A stretch of 64,000 nucleotides of DNA from Callorhinchus milii (GCF_018977255.1 NW_024704742.1:80168001-80232000), one strand, 5' to 3'; numbered from the stretch's first letter, positions 12,361 through 26,174 are shown. Notes: generated by a model not told the origin, from the letters alone. A program made the numbers and translations.

Positions 12361-15216
12361 TAATAATAATCCTTACGTTTGATATAGTCCCTTATCGCGC
12401 TTTGAGATGTCTCAAAGCTCTTCACAGAATACTATAAAGTGTATATTTTGTTGACGAAACACAACAGCCAATTGCACACAGAGGTGTGCCACAAACAGTT
12501 GTTGATTGAGTGACCAAAGTTTATTTGAAGGGTAGGAGTGGGAAGAGGACCAAAAGTGCAGTCAAAAAGAGAGGTCATGTAGCATGCTTTAAAGGAGGGG
12601 AGGAGTGAGGCAGAAGGACTCTTGGTGCAGAATGGTTAAGATGTTGACCACCAAGGGTGGAGCGGAGGACATGAAGCATGCCTATGTTTCTTGTGCATAG
12701 GGAGCAGCCAGGGTGGCAGGTTTGCTGCAGTTCAGAGATAGGCTAGATCTTTACTTCAGCTGCTAAAAGCTAAGCTTACCACCAAGACTCCTACCTTCAT
12801 CGCTCAATTTCCCTTTGAAAAAGTAACAGGATGAGTTTAGCAAACTACAATACTGTACACATAATAAGGTCTTTTTAGGCTATTCCATACTGCTGTCATT
12901 AGCAGTCTCCTTTATACCAAGTTCCTTTACCTGTTGTGCTACATTAAATGCAAGGATCATTTATTTATTTGTTCTCATATAAAAGCATATTTGTTCACTT
13001 AAAAAACTCATCGGTGGATTTGAACCTGACATAACCAAGCTCAATGTTTGTGTGAGTTGCAAATAGTGTAAAGGCAGTATCAATTACAGAGATGAATAGT
13101 TATTGACCCGGAGAAAAGAATAAACTGTTACAGGAGTCTTTCTTTCAGTGGTATCATCTTTTTCCCCCTTGCTTGACATCCGACCATATCTTTGTAAAAC
13201 TGTTCAATAGACTACACTATGCGAAGAGCATTATATACATGCAGATCAGTTTTATGTGATTCTTTCCACGGTTCCCTCTCAGATGAACACACTTGCTCCA
13301 TTGCATGAACAATTAGGGCAGCTTGAGTCAGTGACAATGAGCCCATGTGGTCAGACCATTGTCTGATCCTCTACCGACAAGCTCGGCTGACAAGGTGTCT
13401 GGTTGGTGAAGCTGGAGCAGACTCTCTAACATGGAATACACAGGGTTTACAGGGCAGGCTGGTCATTTTAGAAGCGGGTTTATCTCAATGGTCTATAAAA
13501 ATACATTTTTTAAAAATGTCCCAGTTATGGACCACAGAAGACAGCCTTGACAAATGATCTTACAAAATAGATGGAAAAGTGTTGGCTAAAATCAAGCACT
13601 GGCAAGACATCATTTTGGCAACTGTAGTCACCCACAACCTTCATAACTCCTGCCTCCAAATTCAAGCACTTTTACTATATTGAGAGCTACTTTGAACATA
13701 GCAAAAGTGCTCGGATCCAAGAATTATTGACTATGTTCTTATTGGCTTTAAGCGTTGTATTGTTCAATGGGAGACATTATTGTTGCTTTTATATGAGAAC
13801 AAATAAATAAATGATCCTTGCATTTCATGTAGCACATTTCATGCCTGGAGGATGTCTTAAAGCGTTAGACAGGATATTACTTTGTGGAATGAAATTTCCA
13901 TGTGAATAGTGTAACTTTTATAAAATTTTATTTTTATATCAACAATAATTCTTTACTTTTAATGCATGTATGAACATAAGCACTTTTACAAATGGATAGC
14001 ATTTTTATTTTGGTACATTAACCAGGATAATTCTAAATGTGGAGAATCGGATCTGTCTTTCACAAGTAATGATCTAGGTACTGGTGTTTATGGTCAGATG
14101 GGCGCATGATGTATGTGGAAATCTATTATCATGCTTAAAAGTATCCAAATCAGACTCCGAGTAAAAAAATATGTATGCCAGCTACACATGGAAATTCTCC
14201 TGTGTCTCTTCCTGGTAACATGCACCTTGTTTATCTAATTCTGGAGTGTATTAAGGGCAGATTGGTGAGAGTCAAAGCTTGCGTCTGTTGGGTTATATGT
14301 TTTTAGCTGGAGTTTATCCAGGGGTTTGTCCAGCTAAAAACTTAGTTTGCAACTGAGAGCATTGCCCAGCAAGCTTTTTGCTGCTATGTGTTAGGGCTTT
14401 GGCTTCTAGCATTAACAGAAGCCAAGTGGGAATAATCCTTGCTCCCATTCACTGGTCTGCCACTCCAAGCCTGGCAATGTCCTTTTGATAAGCCAGACTA
14501 TTTGAAGGGCAAACTATTTTCTTGCAAATTTTTAACAAAATGGCATATTAGGATCTTGGTTGGATAAGGACGTTCTTTCTCTATCCCTTGAATTCTACAA
14601 ATTTAAATTCGAACAACCTCCAAAATTTGTATATCCCAAAAGCTCAAAATTATTTTTTCCTTTATTCAATTCTGGAATTTAATAAATTCAGCAATATGAA
14701 AGGGTAAATCAAAGTTATGATTCTCTCTTTGCTAGAGGGCTGGAGAGTTCATGTATCTCCACTGGGAAATTGATCAAACCTGCCCATTACATTGCTGGGA
14801 AAGACAGGCTCAATGCTTTCTGTGCACTTTTATGAATTAAATATCTCTTACCCCCTACTCACCCCCCCTGCCCGATTCCCCCTCCCCCCATCCCCAAGCT
14901 GTTCCCATTAGAATAATCGATTAATAGGTTAAAAAGAGCTTTGAGACATTCTCTGGTACAAAATGCGCTATATGGGAGTTGTTAAACATGAAACAACCAA
15001 GGATTAGGCTCCACTGCTTTACACTTGCACACCAAGGTAATAATAATAATAATCCTTGCATTTGATATGGCAACTTGTCACGCATTTGAGATGTCTCAAA
15101 GCGCTTCACAAAATATACTGTAAAGTGAATTGACTGTTGGCAATACATAGACTCACACATGCAATATTTTTAAGCAAAATTGTTGATTACTTGAGACTAT
15201 ACAGTAAATAACTGGA

Positions 15217-15883
15217 TCCTTTTTTTTGAAAATATATATTTATTTATAAATATAATAGTTAGTACAACAGAAATCCCAAACAACCGCAACATCTTCTGTT
15301 GCAATTTTTCCCTTTTCTCCCGATACAAAAAACATTCAGTGGTTTACAGTACATTCCTTCACCACACGTTGTGCACAGGTTTTTCGGGACGCTCCCTTTA
15401 ACACAGTCGGGAGTCGCCCCTGTGTCCACCACATCCATGTGCGTGCCCGTGCACACCCTGATAAGGCGCACTTGCCACTTTCGGATGTGCACCATTCACG
15501 CACATGTTTACCTTGCATACGTTTTCAGGACGCTGTTTGGTTATATCTTGAGCATCCTTCTGCACCCTTACATTTATTTCAGTCAGTTTTGGGTGAGCTC
15601 GTGGGCTACCTGGTGGGTGCGCAGTTTGAGCCAGAACAGCTCCTGCCAGGGTCAGGCCCCATCTGGCCTTTGCCGTGGTTGAGCTGAACTTTAACTTGTT
15701 CCTCAGTATATAGTCCCTGATCCTAGCGTGCGCGAGGCTGAGGCAGGCGCTCACCGTCCCCTCGTTCCCCCAGAAGGACACCTGGTTTCGGGAGTACCAA
15801 AGGGCCTCCTTTAATGAGTTTATGATCCTCCAGGCACACTCGATGTGGGTTTCTCTGCGAGTGCCCGGGAGCAGGCCATACAC
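15217..15883 (-). mobile_element. 5'-truncated Tx1/L1-clade non-LTR retrotransposon (ORF2 C-terminus plus 3' UTR)
   Basis: Translation LVYGLLPG..CAWRIINSLKEALWYSRN..CLSLAHARIRDYILR..AKARWG is typical of the Tx1-type ORF2 end; AATAAA and poly(A) at 15220-15245 on minus; TSD TAAATAACTGGA at 15205-15216 and 15884-15895. Confidence 0.8.
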
Positions 15884-18259
15884 TAAATAACTGGACACCT
15901 TTGAGACCAACACTAAATGTCCAGGAGGAATGTGGCCTCCTATCAGAGCAGCAGTGACAAATACTCCTCACAAGATCACAGATTGGTTTGGATGAAGAAG
16001 CCTCTGACGTTTCTGTTGTGACTTGTATAGCAGATGCTTGGTCAGCACCTTCTTGATGACAACTAAAGGTGAGGTCAACGTACTCACAATTCATATGAAT
16101 ATGAATTTCATTCAGGTGAATTTCACCAGCAAAATACACAGTCAAACCGCATTTACATTCTATCCACTTTACATTCTAGCCAAGTCGCCGAGAGACAACT
16201 CGGCGACGTGCGAAGGCGCTATGTCAAATGCAAGGATTATTATTATTATTTATTATTATTAATAGAGAAACATTCCCTAACCCTTCCCAGTCATCCCAAT
16301 CTTTCTTTGTTGACAGATGTTACTTCAAACCCTAATTGATTCAAATTGGGCAACATTTGATTCATGCTTGACAAATAACTAACCTCATCTGTTCCACGTG
16401 ATTGAGTTGACTTTAATCAGGCTAAACATTAGATATTGAGCAATAAATGTAACAAGTTGCCTACTGTGTTGCCAGGTGTATGAACTTTTCAGGTTCTTAA
16501 AAAGTGAGATATTAATAATAATTCCCATTGACACATCAACTTTAATTGGCACTTATCTCATGTGTGTTTTCTCTCACACATTTTAATAACGTAGTATTTA
16601 CGTATGTGGAATACCATATGTTGTTTGTTTTTTCTTCAACTAGATTCATTTTGTTTTGAATTCAGTTTAATGCATTGAAAAACAAATCAACGTTGGGTAA
16701 ATTGGGTTAGTCACTTTAAATCAAAATACAAATATTCAACATGGGAATAGTTAGACAACTCTGCTATTTCATTTACAATAATCCTTGCGGTTTTGAAATC
16801 ATACAATCCTATCTGTTATTCTTTTCATGGAACGTATGAGTTGAAACATGTGACCTTTCCTAACGGATTTAATATGATAATTATCATGTCAAAACTTCAT
16901 GAAACATTGAATTTTCATTCTTGTTTTCTTTAACTTTGTCGTTGAAGCCACTCTATTCTTGTAAAAGTATTTTCTATCCTCTGGATATCATTGATGGGAT
17001 TGAATGGCCAGAACTACTACTAATAATAATCCTTACATTTGATATAGCGTCTTATCAAGTTATTGAGATGTCTGAAAGTGCTTCAAAGAATATACAGTAA
17101 AGTGAATTGACTGTATAATTTGTGTATGGGGAGAAAAAAAGCAAGAGGGGTTGTATGTTAAAGCTGCTGTTTTTGGAAAACCACATACTATTGGGAAATA
17201 TACAATTTATACATCATTTGGCAATCTGACTTTCCTGTTTGTCAATCTCTTGATGTCTCTGCACTGAGATTGCAACCTGAACCTAGAGTTTACTGATCTG
17301 CTGTTCCTGGGGATGAACTGGCTGGTGTCTGATATCTGAACTAGGAGAGATGATGGTACGTATTGTGAGGGGGGTGCGGTGTGTCCTCCCAGAAGCAATC
17401 TTAATGGTCTTATGGCCCTTCTCTTGCTCCTTCCCATCTATGTATTTTTGTTACCTGCACTGCACCCGTTGCAGGGATCTGGTGCCTGATCTGCTACTCA
17501 ACATTTGTTGAAACCAGTCTGAAACAAAGTGCTGGGAGAAAGGCTATAATCACCATTGGCAAATGCAGCTCCTACTTTTTTTGACACAGATTACCCAGTT
17601 TTATCAATGTGGATGTCTTCTGACTGAAAAAAGTTCAGTTGAACCGACACGTTGCCTTCAACAACTAACTCTCCTGTGTCCCCAGTAGCTGGATCTGGGT
17701 CAGGAAGAGGAATTTTTATTTTATCTAAGAAAAGATGTGGATTGTATAATTGGCCATTATTTTTCATTCTCCCTCGTGGCAGTAGGATTAATGCACATGC
17801 TGTACATTTGCAATGTTTGCACTATGCTTAAATATTAATATGGCACAGTGTATGTTTTGCATTTGTTTCCAAATCATCAATGAAAATAACAACTGAAACA
17901 AAAAAAGTTAACATTTTCCTGCTGATCACACCATGTTTTCCTTTTTTAAAAAAACAATTCATTATGAGTTTAAATGCAGAGAATAGATGTCTTTTACAGC
18001 TTTCTTAACTGCTTTTGATTCTAATCTCATGCAGGGGATCATATTGATATTTTGCATAATTGATATTTTTCAATGGAAAAATATACTAGTTAGAATTTTT
18101 TTAATAAAAAATATAATAAAAACCTCATTACAAATTAAATCTATCATGGCAATCTGGTCAAAAGCAGCTCCTTTTTAAGAATAAGTTTGAATTGTGCACC
18201 GATCTTTTCTCCTTTATTTCTATGCCACTAAATTCTTGGAATATATTTTCCAGTTCTGA

Positions 18260-18420
18260 CATATGATGAGCTGAAGGACGACATCTCCAACAATGCATCG
18301 CATCTCCTGCATTGCATTGGAGTGTCAACTTAGAGTTACAAGCTGCAAGTCCTGATGTGGGTCCTGAATCCACAATCTTCCGACTTAGAGGTGAGAGTGC
18401 TTCCAACTGAGCCAGGCTAC
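18260..18420 (-). mobile_element. Type C SINE 5' part
   Basis: Reverse complement GTAGCCTGGCTCAGTTGGAAGCACTCTCACCTCTAAGTCGGAAGATTGTGGATTC, a tRNA-like head. Confidence 0.75.
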
Positions 18421-18559
18421 CATTCTTTAATATATAATATTAATTTATAATATTAATTTATAATATATATAAATACAATACTGCAGAACAACAACAACAA
18501 CTTGCATTTATAAAGCGCCATTCAAGCAGGTGTGTGTCTTGGAGCACAGAATACGTAGT

Positions 18560-18965
18560 TAGAACCATAGAAATGTCCAGCACAAAAGAAGGTCCCTGGA
18601 TCCTTTGTGCCTGTCCTGGCTATCTAAAAGAGCAACAATTCAGTCCTGTTTACCTGCCATTGCCCCATCTTCTTGGAAGGAATCCTTTAGATATCTGCCT
18701 AGTTCCCTTTTGTAAACTAATATGGATTCTGCCTTGACCATCAAACCTGACAGAGTAATCCATATCTTAACTCTCTGTATAAAGACAATTCCGCCTGCTC
18801 TCTCCCTAATTATCTTAAATTGAAGTCCTCTCATCACTGATTCACCAACCAATGGAAATAATTTCTCTATTTTGAATCTATCAAAACCCTTTTAAATTTA
18901 AGACCTCCTATCAGGTCTCCCCTCAACCTTTGATGGAATGAGACAAGTCCCACATCCTCTAATCT
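18560..18965 (-). mobile_element. CR1 LINE 3' fragment
   Basis: Translations QRLRGDLI..KF and FIQRVKIW..L..MVKAESILVYKRELGRYL; CR1-type terminus. Confidence 0.8.
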
Positions 18966-19792
18966 CAAATTGAATAGGTGCATAATTTCTTTAAAATCAT
19001 TACATGCAGAAAATGCAACACATGATGTGATTATCATCACATTTTCAGTGTTAAGCCCTGTTTTCTCTTTCCCCTGCCACACCCCGCAGCAGTGTTTGAG
19101 CCCATAACTTTCCTCAGCTGCCACTGGAATTAGCACCCAGCATAGTGCAGTGTTTGAATGACACTTCACAGGACATCAACTCAACTCGCATCAAATGTCT
19201 TAATCGTACCCTTACACATTTGAGTTTTGAAATTAATGTTTCATGAGACTCCCAGACACTGCTTTGAACAATTGTAGCATCAGCAATCAGAGAGAAAATG
19301 CAGTATAAACCCATTAAACTTTCTCTTTCCAAGTTTATGGAAAAGAACTCAAAGATTCTGAAAGTGTCTTGAGAAACCTGACCATTTTGCAGTGCTCCAG
19401 CTTTGAAGTCTTGTTTTCTGGTATCACTCACACTCTTCATCCTACTGGAAAGTGCGTAAAGGGCGCTATATAAATACAAGTTTGTGTTGTTGGTAAGTTG
19501 TCGTGTGCCACTAAACACACAGTCGCTTCATTTTGCAGGAAATCCTGTGAAGCACTTTGAGACATCCTCCTGACCATAGAAGGTGCTGTATCAACTGTAA
19601 CTATTATTATATTATTATAGAATCAATTTCCACATTGACAGGTGAGTTGAGAACAAATGACGGTGCTTTTCAGTTGTGAAATTAAAACGTTACTACTCTT
19701 AATTTTTAGACTTACTTGGCGCAAAATTCCACGTAGTTTCAACCTGATTTTTAACACCATTTTGTCTTCAAATTTATGGACATGGCTGAATT

Positions 19793-20519
19793 TGTTTGAC
19801 CCTGAACTGTCCTTTCTCCTCCATATCCACGACACGACCGACACTGCCTACAACCACCTCCTCCACAATATTGCCAGACTCCGCCACTGCCTCATCCCTC
19901 AGACTGCCGAACCCCTCACCGACGCATTCGTCACCTCAAGGATTGATTACGGGAACTCCCTCCTCATCGGCCTTCCCAACTCTTCCCTTCACAAGCTGCA
20001 GATCATCCAAAACTCTGCAGCTCATGTACTCTCACGCACCAGGCTCCGTGACCCCATCACTCCCACTCTCTCCCGACTCCACTGGCTCCCCATCCCCCAG
20101 AGGATTGGGTTCAAGATCCTCGTCCTCACTTTCAAGGCCATCCATGACCTTGCCCCCTCCTGCCTCTCTGACCTGCTGACTCTCTACCAATCTGCCTGCT
20201 TCCTCCATTCAGCGGGCTCCGGTCTGCTCCATGTCTCCCACCCGAGCTGCCCTACCATCGGTGCTTTCAGCCTCTCTGCCCCCACACTCTGGAACTCCAT
20301 CCCACGGTCCCTTTGCCTCGCTTCCTCCCTTGCCTCCTTCAAGGCCGGTCTCAAGACCCTTCTCTTTGACCGAGCCTTTAGTCGTCCTCCCACCTCTCTG
20401 CCTTCCCTCATCCCTAAACCACCCCTCCCCCATGCTTGGGCCACAACACTGTTCAGCGCTTTGAGACAACCTCCTGACGTGAAAGCCGCTCTATAAATGT
20501 AATTTTGTTGTTGTTGTTG
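19793..20519 (+). mobile_element. L2 LINE 3' fragment (ORF2 C-terminus)
   Basis: AFVTSRIDYGNSLLIGLP..LQIIQNSAA..ITPTLSRLHWLPIPQRI.FK; (TTG)n tail. Confidence 0.92.
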
Positions 20520-20744
20520 AGTTGTGGAAAGTACTTGAATTCAATCCAAATGCTGGTTTCAAGAACAACTCCAAATTTGGACTCCTCTTCAGAATTATCC
20601 ATTCGTTCTGTGAGAGTTTAAGCAATATGGAGTATGCAGGATGACGTCTCATAATGCTTCACAAGATGGACTGTGAAGTGGGGGGGGAGATAACAGACTA
20701 GCTGTTTCAGTGAGTCTTCTCTGTCAAGAAGGGGGAAGCAGGAA

Positions 20745-20830
20745 GCATAGTGGGTTAGCACTTTATCCTTTTACCTCTGCGATTTTGGCTCCAGCCCAGC
20801 CAGAATAAAAGGATGAAACCTCTCTCTCCA
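20745..20830 (+). mobile_element. Possible LF-SINE-like head relic
   Basis: AGTGGGTTAGCAC..CCTTTTACCTCTG..TCCAGCCCAG..GGATGAAA; recalled resemblance only. Confidence 0.3.
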
Positions 20831-23800
20831 GGTTAAGCGTCCTACTTAACATGGATTTGTGCATCATATTCCAATTTCCAGTGAGCACAAGCACATAAGA
20901 CAAAATGGCTCATAACTTGGCACAAATCCATGCTAAATTGACTGTATGGACTGATGTCAGAAGACATAAACCATTTGCATTCCTCACTGAATGGACATTT
21001 CTCTGAATGTGCACACATGAAAGATAGCAATCACACTCTTGAAGCTTATAAACCAACCTCTAAGTTCACGCTATGCCCCCAATTGCTAGCAATGTATCTG
21101 TTTTATAATTGAGTGAGTAAAGTAACCATAGGCTTTGCATTGATTATTTTTTATACAGTGAAATGTTATAGTCATGTAGATCAAACTGTTTTGCAGCTGG
21201 AAACAGTGTGAATAGGAGTCAGTCTTTCAAAGCAGGCACATTTTGACCACTGATTTGAATGTGTGTAACTCACCATGTGTAATACTAGCTGCACAGCAAC
21301 TATTTCCACTTACATCAAGCAAGTGCAACAAGTCCAACTGAATCACTTTCAGGTGTCCTAAGGCATTGAATGGTGATGAGAGTCAAGCAGAGACATGATC
21401 AGATCTTCAAATTAATCATGACTTGTGTATCTCAAAATGTCTTTCATCTTATTTTAATTTTTTTTCAGCTCTCATCTGAGTTCCAAGTGTTTTTCTTTCT
21501 AGTCCTTGGATTCTTGTATCGGCACTCAATTCAACCACGTAGTGAACAATCTGAGCATTCTCCTAAGCTTCTCATAAGCTGATCACCCGTTACCCAAGGA
21601 TGTCCATTGATCTTGTCTTTGACACCTGAGGTGATGTTCTGGAATGAGTGCTCGTTTGTTTGTGTTGGTGTTTGCTCTCCTTTGCCTTGAATTCACTGCT
21701 TTCCTTTAGATGTGTGATGAAACCCAAAAAATTACATTAAAAGTGCATGTTTTTATATAATAACTATGTATAATATAACAATGTGTTTTGCCAGTAGATT
21801 CCTGCTTCTGAACTATGTTCACTATTCTGTACCTTCCATAAGTCTGGTTACGGAAATCTGACTACTGCATTGTGCACTGCTGGTCACAATCTGTCCACTG
21901 ATGGTTTGAGTACCTCAGGGATCACTTTTCACTTTGAAAGTCATCAGAAATTTGCAGTAAGATCTTTTGGATAAAGGATAATATGTACAGAACAGCAGAT
22001 GGCAAGCAGGCAATTACAGATGTGTCTGGGGATGCAAGCTGGATTTGAGCCAGTATTCACATCAGCTATATTAAGTAGGTAATGCTGGGTTGATCAACAC
22101 CTTTGAAAAATAACTTGTTGAATATACGGTTAGGAACAGGATCAAGAATTGTAGGCAGAAATAAACAAATGTATTGCGGAGCATAATTCTTTGAGCTGCT
22201 GGATTCTGGAAATGTTATCGACAAGCAAGCCTGTATAATGTAGTATGTTAAATTACAGTTTCTTGATCTACTTTTGGAGATAGGGATATGTTCTGTAAAT
22301 ATTCTCCCTGATAGGGTTAAGTTGGACATATTTTGGCTACAAATACACAATATAAGCTACAAATATGCATCATGTGGCTCACTGTGTGGGTAAGGGGACT
22401 ACAAGAAGGTAACACTCCTTTATTATAGGAGCAGCACTGTAATAAATTAGCAAAAATTAGCTTTGATCTTCTGATGTATGACCTGCAGGTTACACTGTCT
22501 ATGAAGTGCTTAATATTTCACAGAGATCAATGAATATATGGCTCAGAGTGGGTTACATCCAGTATATCAGATAGTCATGAGCCTTGAGAAATGTATAGCT
22601 ATCAGAAGAAACATGAGATCAGATAACAACCTGCTTGCCTGCAGAATATAACTAGTCTATTTGTCTTTGCATTTTTCTATTAGTAGTTAATGCTGGTGGT
22701 TGATGGGACACACCATTGTCCTTGATGTTTGGTGATGACCACAGAAAGCATGATAGATGACTGTCGAAAATCTATTGATGCCCGTGTGGAATATTTGGAA
22801 GAGGCTGCCTTAAAATGTGAATATTCAAAAAGGGACCACCCATCCCAGCTAACCTCTGCTCATGGCATCTTGCTTATAGCACAGGCTCAGTCCTCACCTA
22901 AACACATGTCTTACTTGCACTGCACGTTTCAGATTAGTCTAAAATCAACGTCAATTTTCCTCCAAATCAATACAAGTAATGAACCATAATATCTCCTTCC
23001 GGCAGAGTCGAGAATACATTTTCATCAATTTCAAGCCAATCTATTTTTTACGTTGATGGAAAGTAAAGAACTGAGAAAGATATGAATTAAAAGCACAGTT
23101 GGAGCATTTGCTTCGATGTGTAGCGAGATCAGAAGTTAGGAAGAGAGAGGAAGAAGGGTCAAATGGCAGTGACTTATAAAGGCTTTTACTAAGGCAACAG
23201 AGAAAGACCCAGTGTGGACACATTATTATTACTATTGTCGATTTCTCACTGTTTAGGGTTCTCTAAGTGTGAAAATTGTCATTAAAAAAAAATCCAGATG
23301 AATTAATTAAAACTAATGGTCTATTTCCTGGTAAAAAACAAAGAATGAAAATCAATTTCCACCAACGCTATTGATAATAGAAAATAAAATTATTAGGATT
23401 AGTTTAACAATAATGCAAGATCCTGACCTGCAATGGAATTGATCTTACTGTTCTAAGTCATCCATTTCTTTTTGCTTGAAAGTAAAGGTGGTGGTGGGAG
23501 GGGAGAGTTATTGATCTGCGCCAAATTTAATCTCCAGTTGGTTTAGTTTACAATGTGTCTCAAATAGATATGTGCATCATTAGATATGTGCTTGAGAAGA
23601 TGGCTTCAGTGGAGCTTTTAGCCATGGGATTGCAGTTTACACATGGGTGTCATGAAGCAATTCATTTTTATGCCACCTACAAGAATACTATAGTGCAGTG
23701 CAGATGACTCAAAAATAGTCTTTTTTCTTTGGATTGGATTTTAAGGAAAGACAGCTCTTAATAACATTGATTAGAGAAGCCAAACAAATTAGTTTATTTG

Positions 23801-24565
23801 ATGACAACCATTTTGGGAGCCACAGAACTTTAGAAATTTACAGCATCGAGGAATGCCATTTGGTCCAGCATGTTCTGTATGTTTCAAAGAAAAATGTTTT
23901 CAGTCCATTTACCTGCCTTTATCACCACATCCCTGGGTAATGGGAACATTAAATTTGTCTTCATATTTCATATTTAAACATATTTCATTCCGTATTGACA
24001 GATTTATATTAATATGTCATTTCAAATACCCCCACCTTCAAGTATGAATAATTATAGTGCCCAAACCCATTTAAAAAGCTCTGAATATTGTCTTGATAGA
24101 TTCATATTGCCGTGTTTGACTGAGAAGCAAGTGATCAGAACTAAATTGAATGTCAGAACCAGTACTATTTACAGTCATGTTTCATAATTTTTTTAAATGT
24201 ATGCAACACGTTTAACTGTGCTTTCCAACTGATAAATTGGGAGTAAGAATGCATAATGCATTTCCTCACCATCCTTCTGCAAAAGCTTAGTATTCGTTCT
24301 ACCCCTCAATGAGAGGCAGAAGCTCACTGTGATTGTCCAGCAGCACATCCCATGGGTTACCAAATAATCAATGCAGCTGTCTGCTTTTCCCAATCAATCT
24401 CACAGACAACCCAGTAGTGCTGTGATTCACACAGTGGTGCAATGTTTCACACAAAAAACAACTTAAGTTTGTGATTAATTTTATTTGGCCATTTGTGAGA
24501 CATTTCTATAGAACACTGTGGAACAAGTGCTCAGAAATGCTGCCCTGCAGGAATGGCAGTATATA

Positions 24566-26080
24566 CAACAACAACTTGCATTCATATAGCGCCCTTCACG
24601 TGGAGTAGCAGCCCGGAGAGCTTGATAGTGATGGAGGGTGACTCTGAGCTGGGGGAGAGGGAGGGGCGAGGTGATCATAAACATGAAGAAAAAGGAAGGT
24701 CTTTCGGCAGGATTTGAAAATGGGGAGGGAGGGGGCAAATCCGTGGGATTGAGGGAGAGAGTTCCAAAGTTTCAGGGTGTAGTGGCTGAAGGCATGGCCA
24801 CTGATGGTAGAGCAGAAATTTACAGCTCCTTGAGTGACAAACAGGAGGCCGAAACCAACCGACCAGAGGCAGTGGGTGGTGGAATGAGGGGTAAGCAGGT
24901 CAGATAGGTAGGGAGGTGAGAGGGCATGAAGGGATTTAAAAACGAGTAAGAGGATCTTGAAATCAATTTGTTCGGTAATTGGGAGCTAGGGAGCTTGGCA
25001 AGGACTGGTGCGCTGGGGGTACGGAGTTTTGTGCGGGTGAGTATCCAGGCGGCAGTGTTTTGAATGAGTTGAATTTTATGTATGGGGTAGTTAGGGAGAC
25101 CAGCGAAGAGGACATTGGAATAATCAACGAGAAGTGACGAAGGGGTGGATCAGGGTTTCAGCTGCTTTGGTTGTGACAGAGGTGGACAATGTGACGGAGG
25201 TGGAAAAAAGCAATCCTGACCAGGGAACTGATGTGGTGTAGAAAGGGAAGGTGGGGATTGAATCTGATGCCTAAGTTGTGCATGGGTTCAGTGAGTCTGA
25301 GGGAGAGCCCGGCAAGGTTGAGGAGTTCAGACCCGCAGAAGGGAAGACTTTGAAGGGAGCCAAAGATTATGTCTTCCGTCTTACCGGCATTCAGCGACAG
25401 CAGGTTTGAGCTCATCGAGACCTTGATGTCCATCAGACAAGCTGACAAGATATCAGCAGATTGGGAGTCACAACTGGAGGAGGAGAAGTAGGTTCGGGTG
25501 TCATCTGCATACATGTGGAGGTTGACCCCATGTCTGCAGATGACATCGCCGAGAGGGAGCAAGTAGATAAGGAAAAGAAGGGTTAAAGATGGAGCCTTGT
25601 GGTACCCCGCAGGTGACGGGGTGGGAGGAGAAACCATTTGTCGAGATGTATTGCCGAGATAATAATCCTTCAAAAAAAATATTAATAAATTGGTCATTTC
25701 AATCCACGGCTGTTTGTGGGACATTGCTGTGCACAATTGGCTGCTGCATTTTGCCCACAAATACACAGTCAATTCACTTTACAGTCTATTCTGTGAAGTG
25801 CTTTGAGACATTGAGAAGATGTGAAAAGCACTATATCAAATGCAAGGAATATCAAATATAAGTATTATTATTATTATTGTTGGCAGTTTGTTAAGGAGGG
25901 CTCGAACCATGCGAGTGTGGTCCCACTAAGGTGGTTAAGGGACTTCAGGTGGTGGAGGAGGATTGTCGTGGTCGATAATGTCGAAAGTGGTGGAGAGGTC
26001 CAGGAAAACTAGGAGGCAGAAGGAATCCTGTTCTCAGAGAGAGAGAATGTCATTTGTTACTTTGACGAGCGCTGTCTTTA
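24566..26080 (-). mobile_element. L2 LINE fragment (RT plus 3' end) interrupted by a SINE 3' half
   Basis: IYLLPLGDVICRHGVNLHMYADDT at about 25500-25570; [10 protein letters not shown] / LLVFLDLS at about 25990-26075; (CAA)n tail at 24566. Confidence 0.88.
25657..25878 (+). mobile_element. 5'-truncated SINE nested in L2
   Basis: ATAATAATCCTTC...TTTGTGGGACATTGCTGTGCACAATTGGCTGC...CAAATGCAAGG..(TTA)n. Confidence 0.85.
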
Positions 26081-26174
26081 CTGTGGGTAAGGCGATATAA
26101 ATGCTATTTGTTATTATAATCATATTATTGTTCTCCAATTAACTTTTAAAAATCTCCACCAGAGCTAGCCTTGT

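Noticed and set aside
19657..20496. 279-aa ORF as a host gene
   Set aside because: L2 ORF2 C-terminus fused by chance to upstream non-coding sequence
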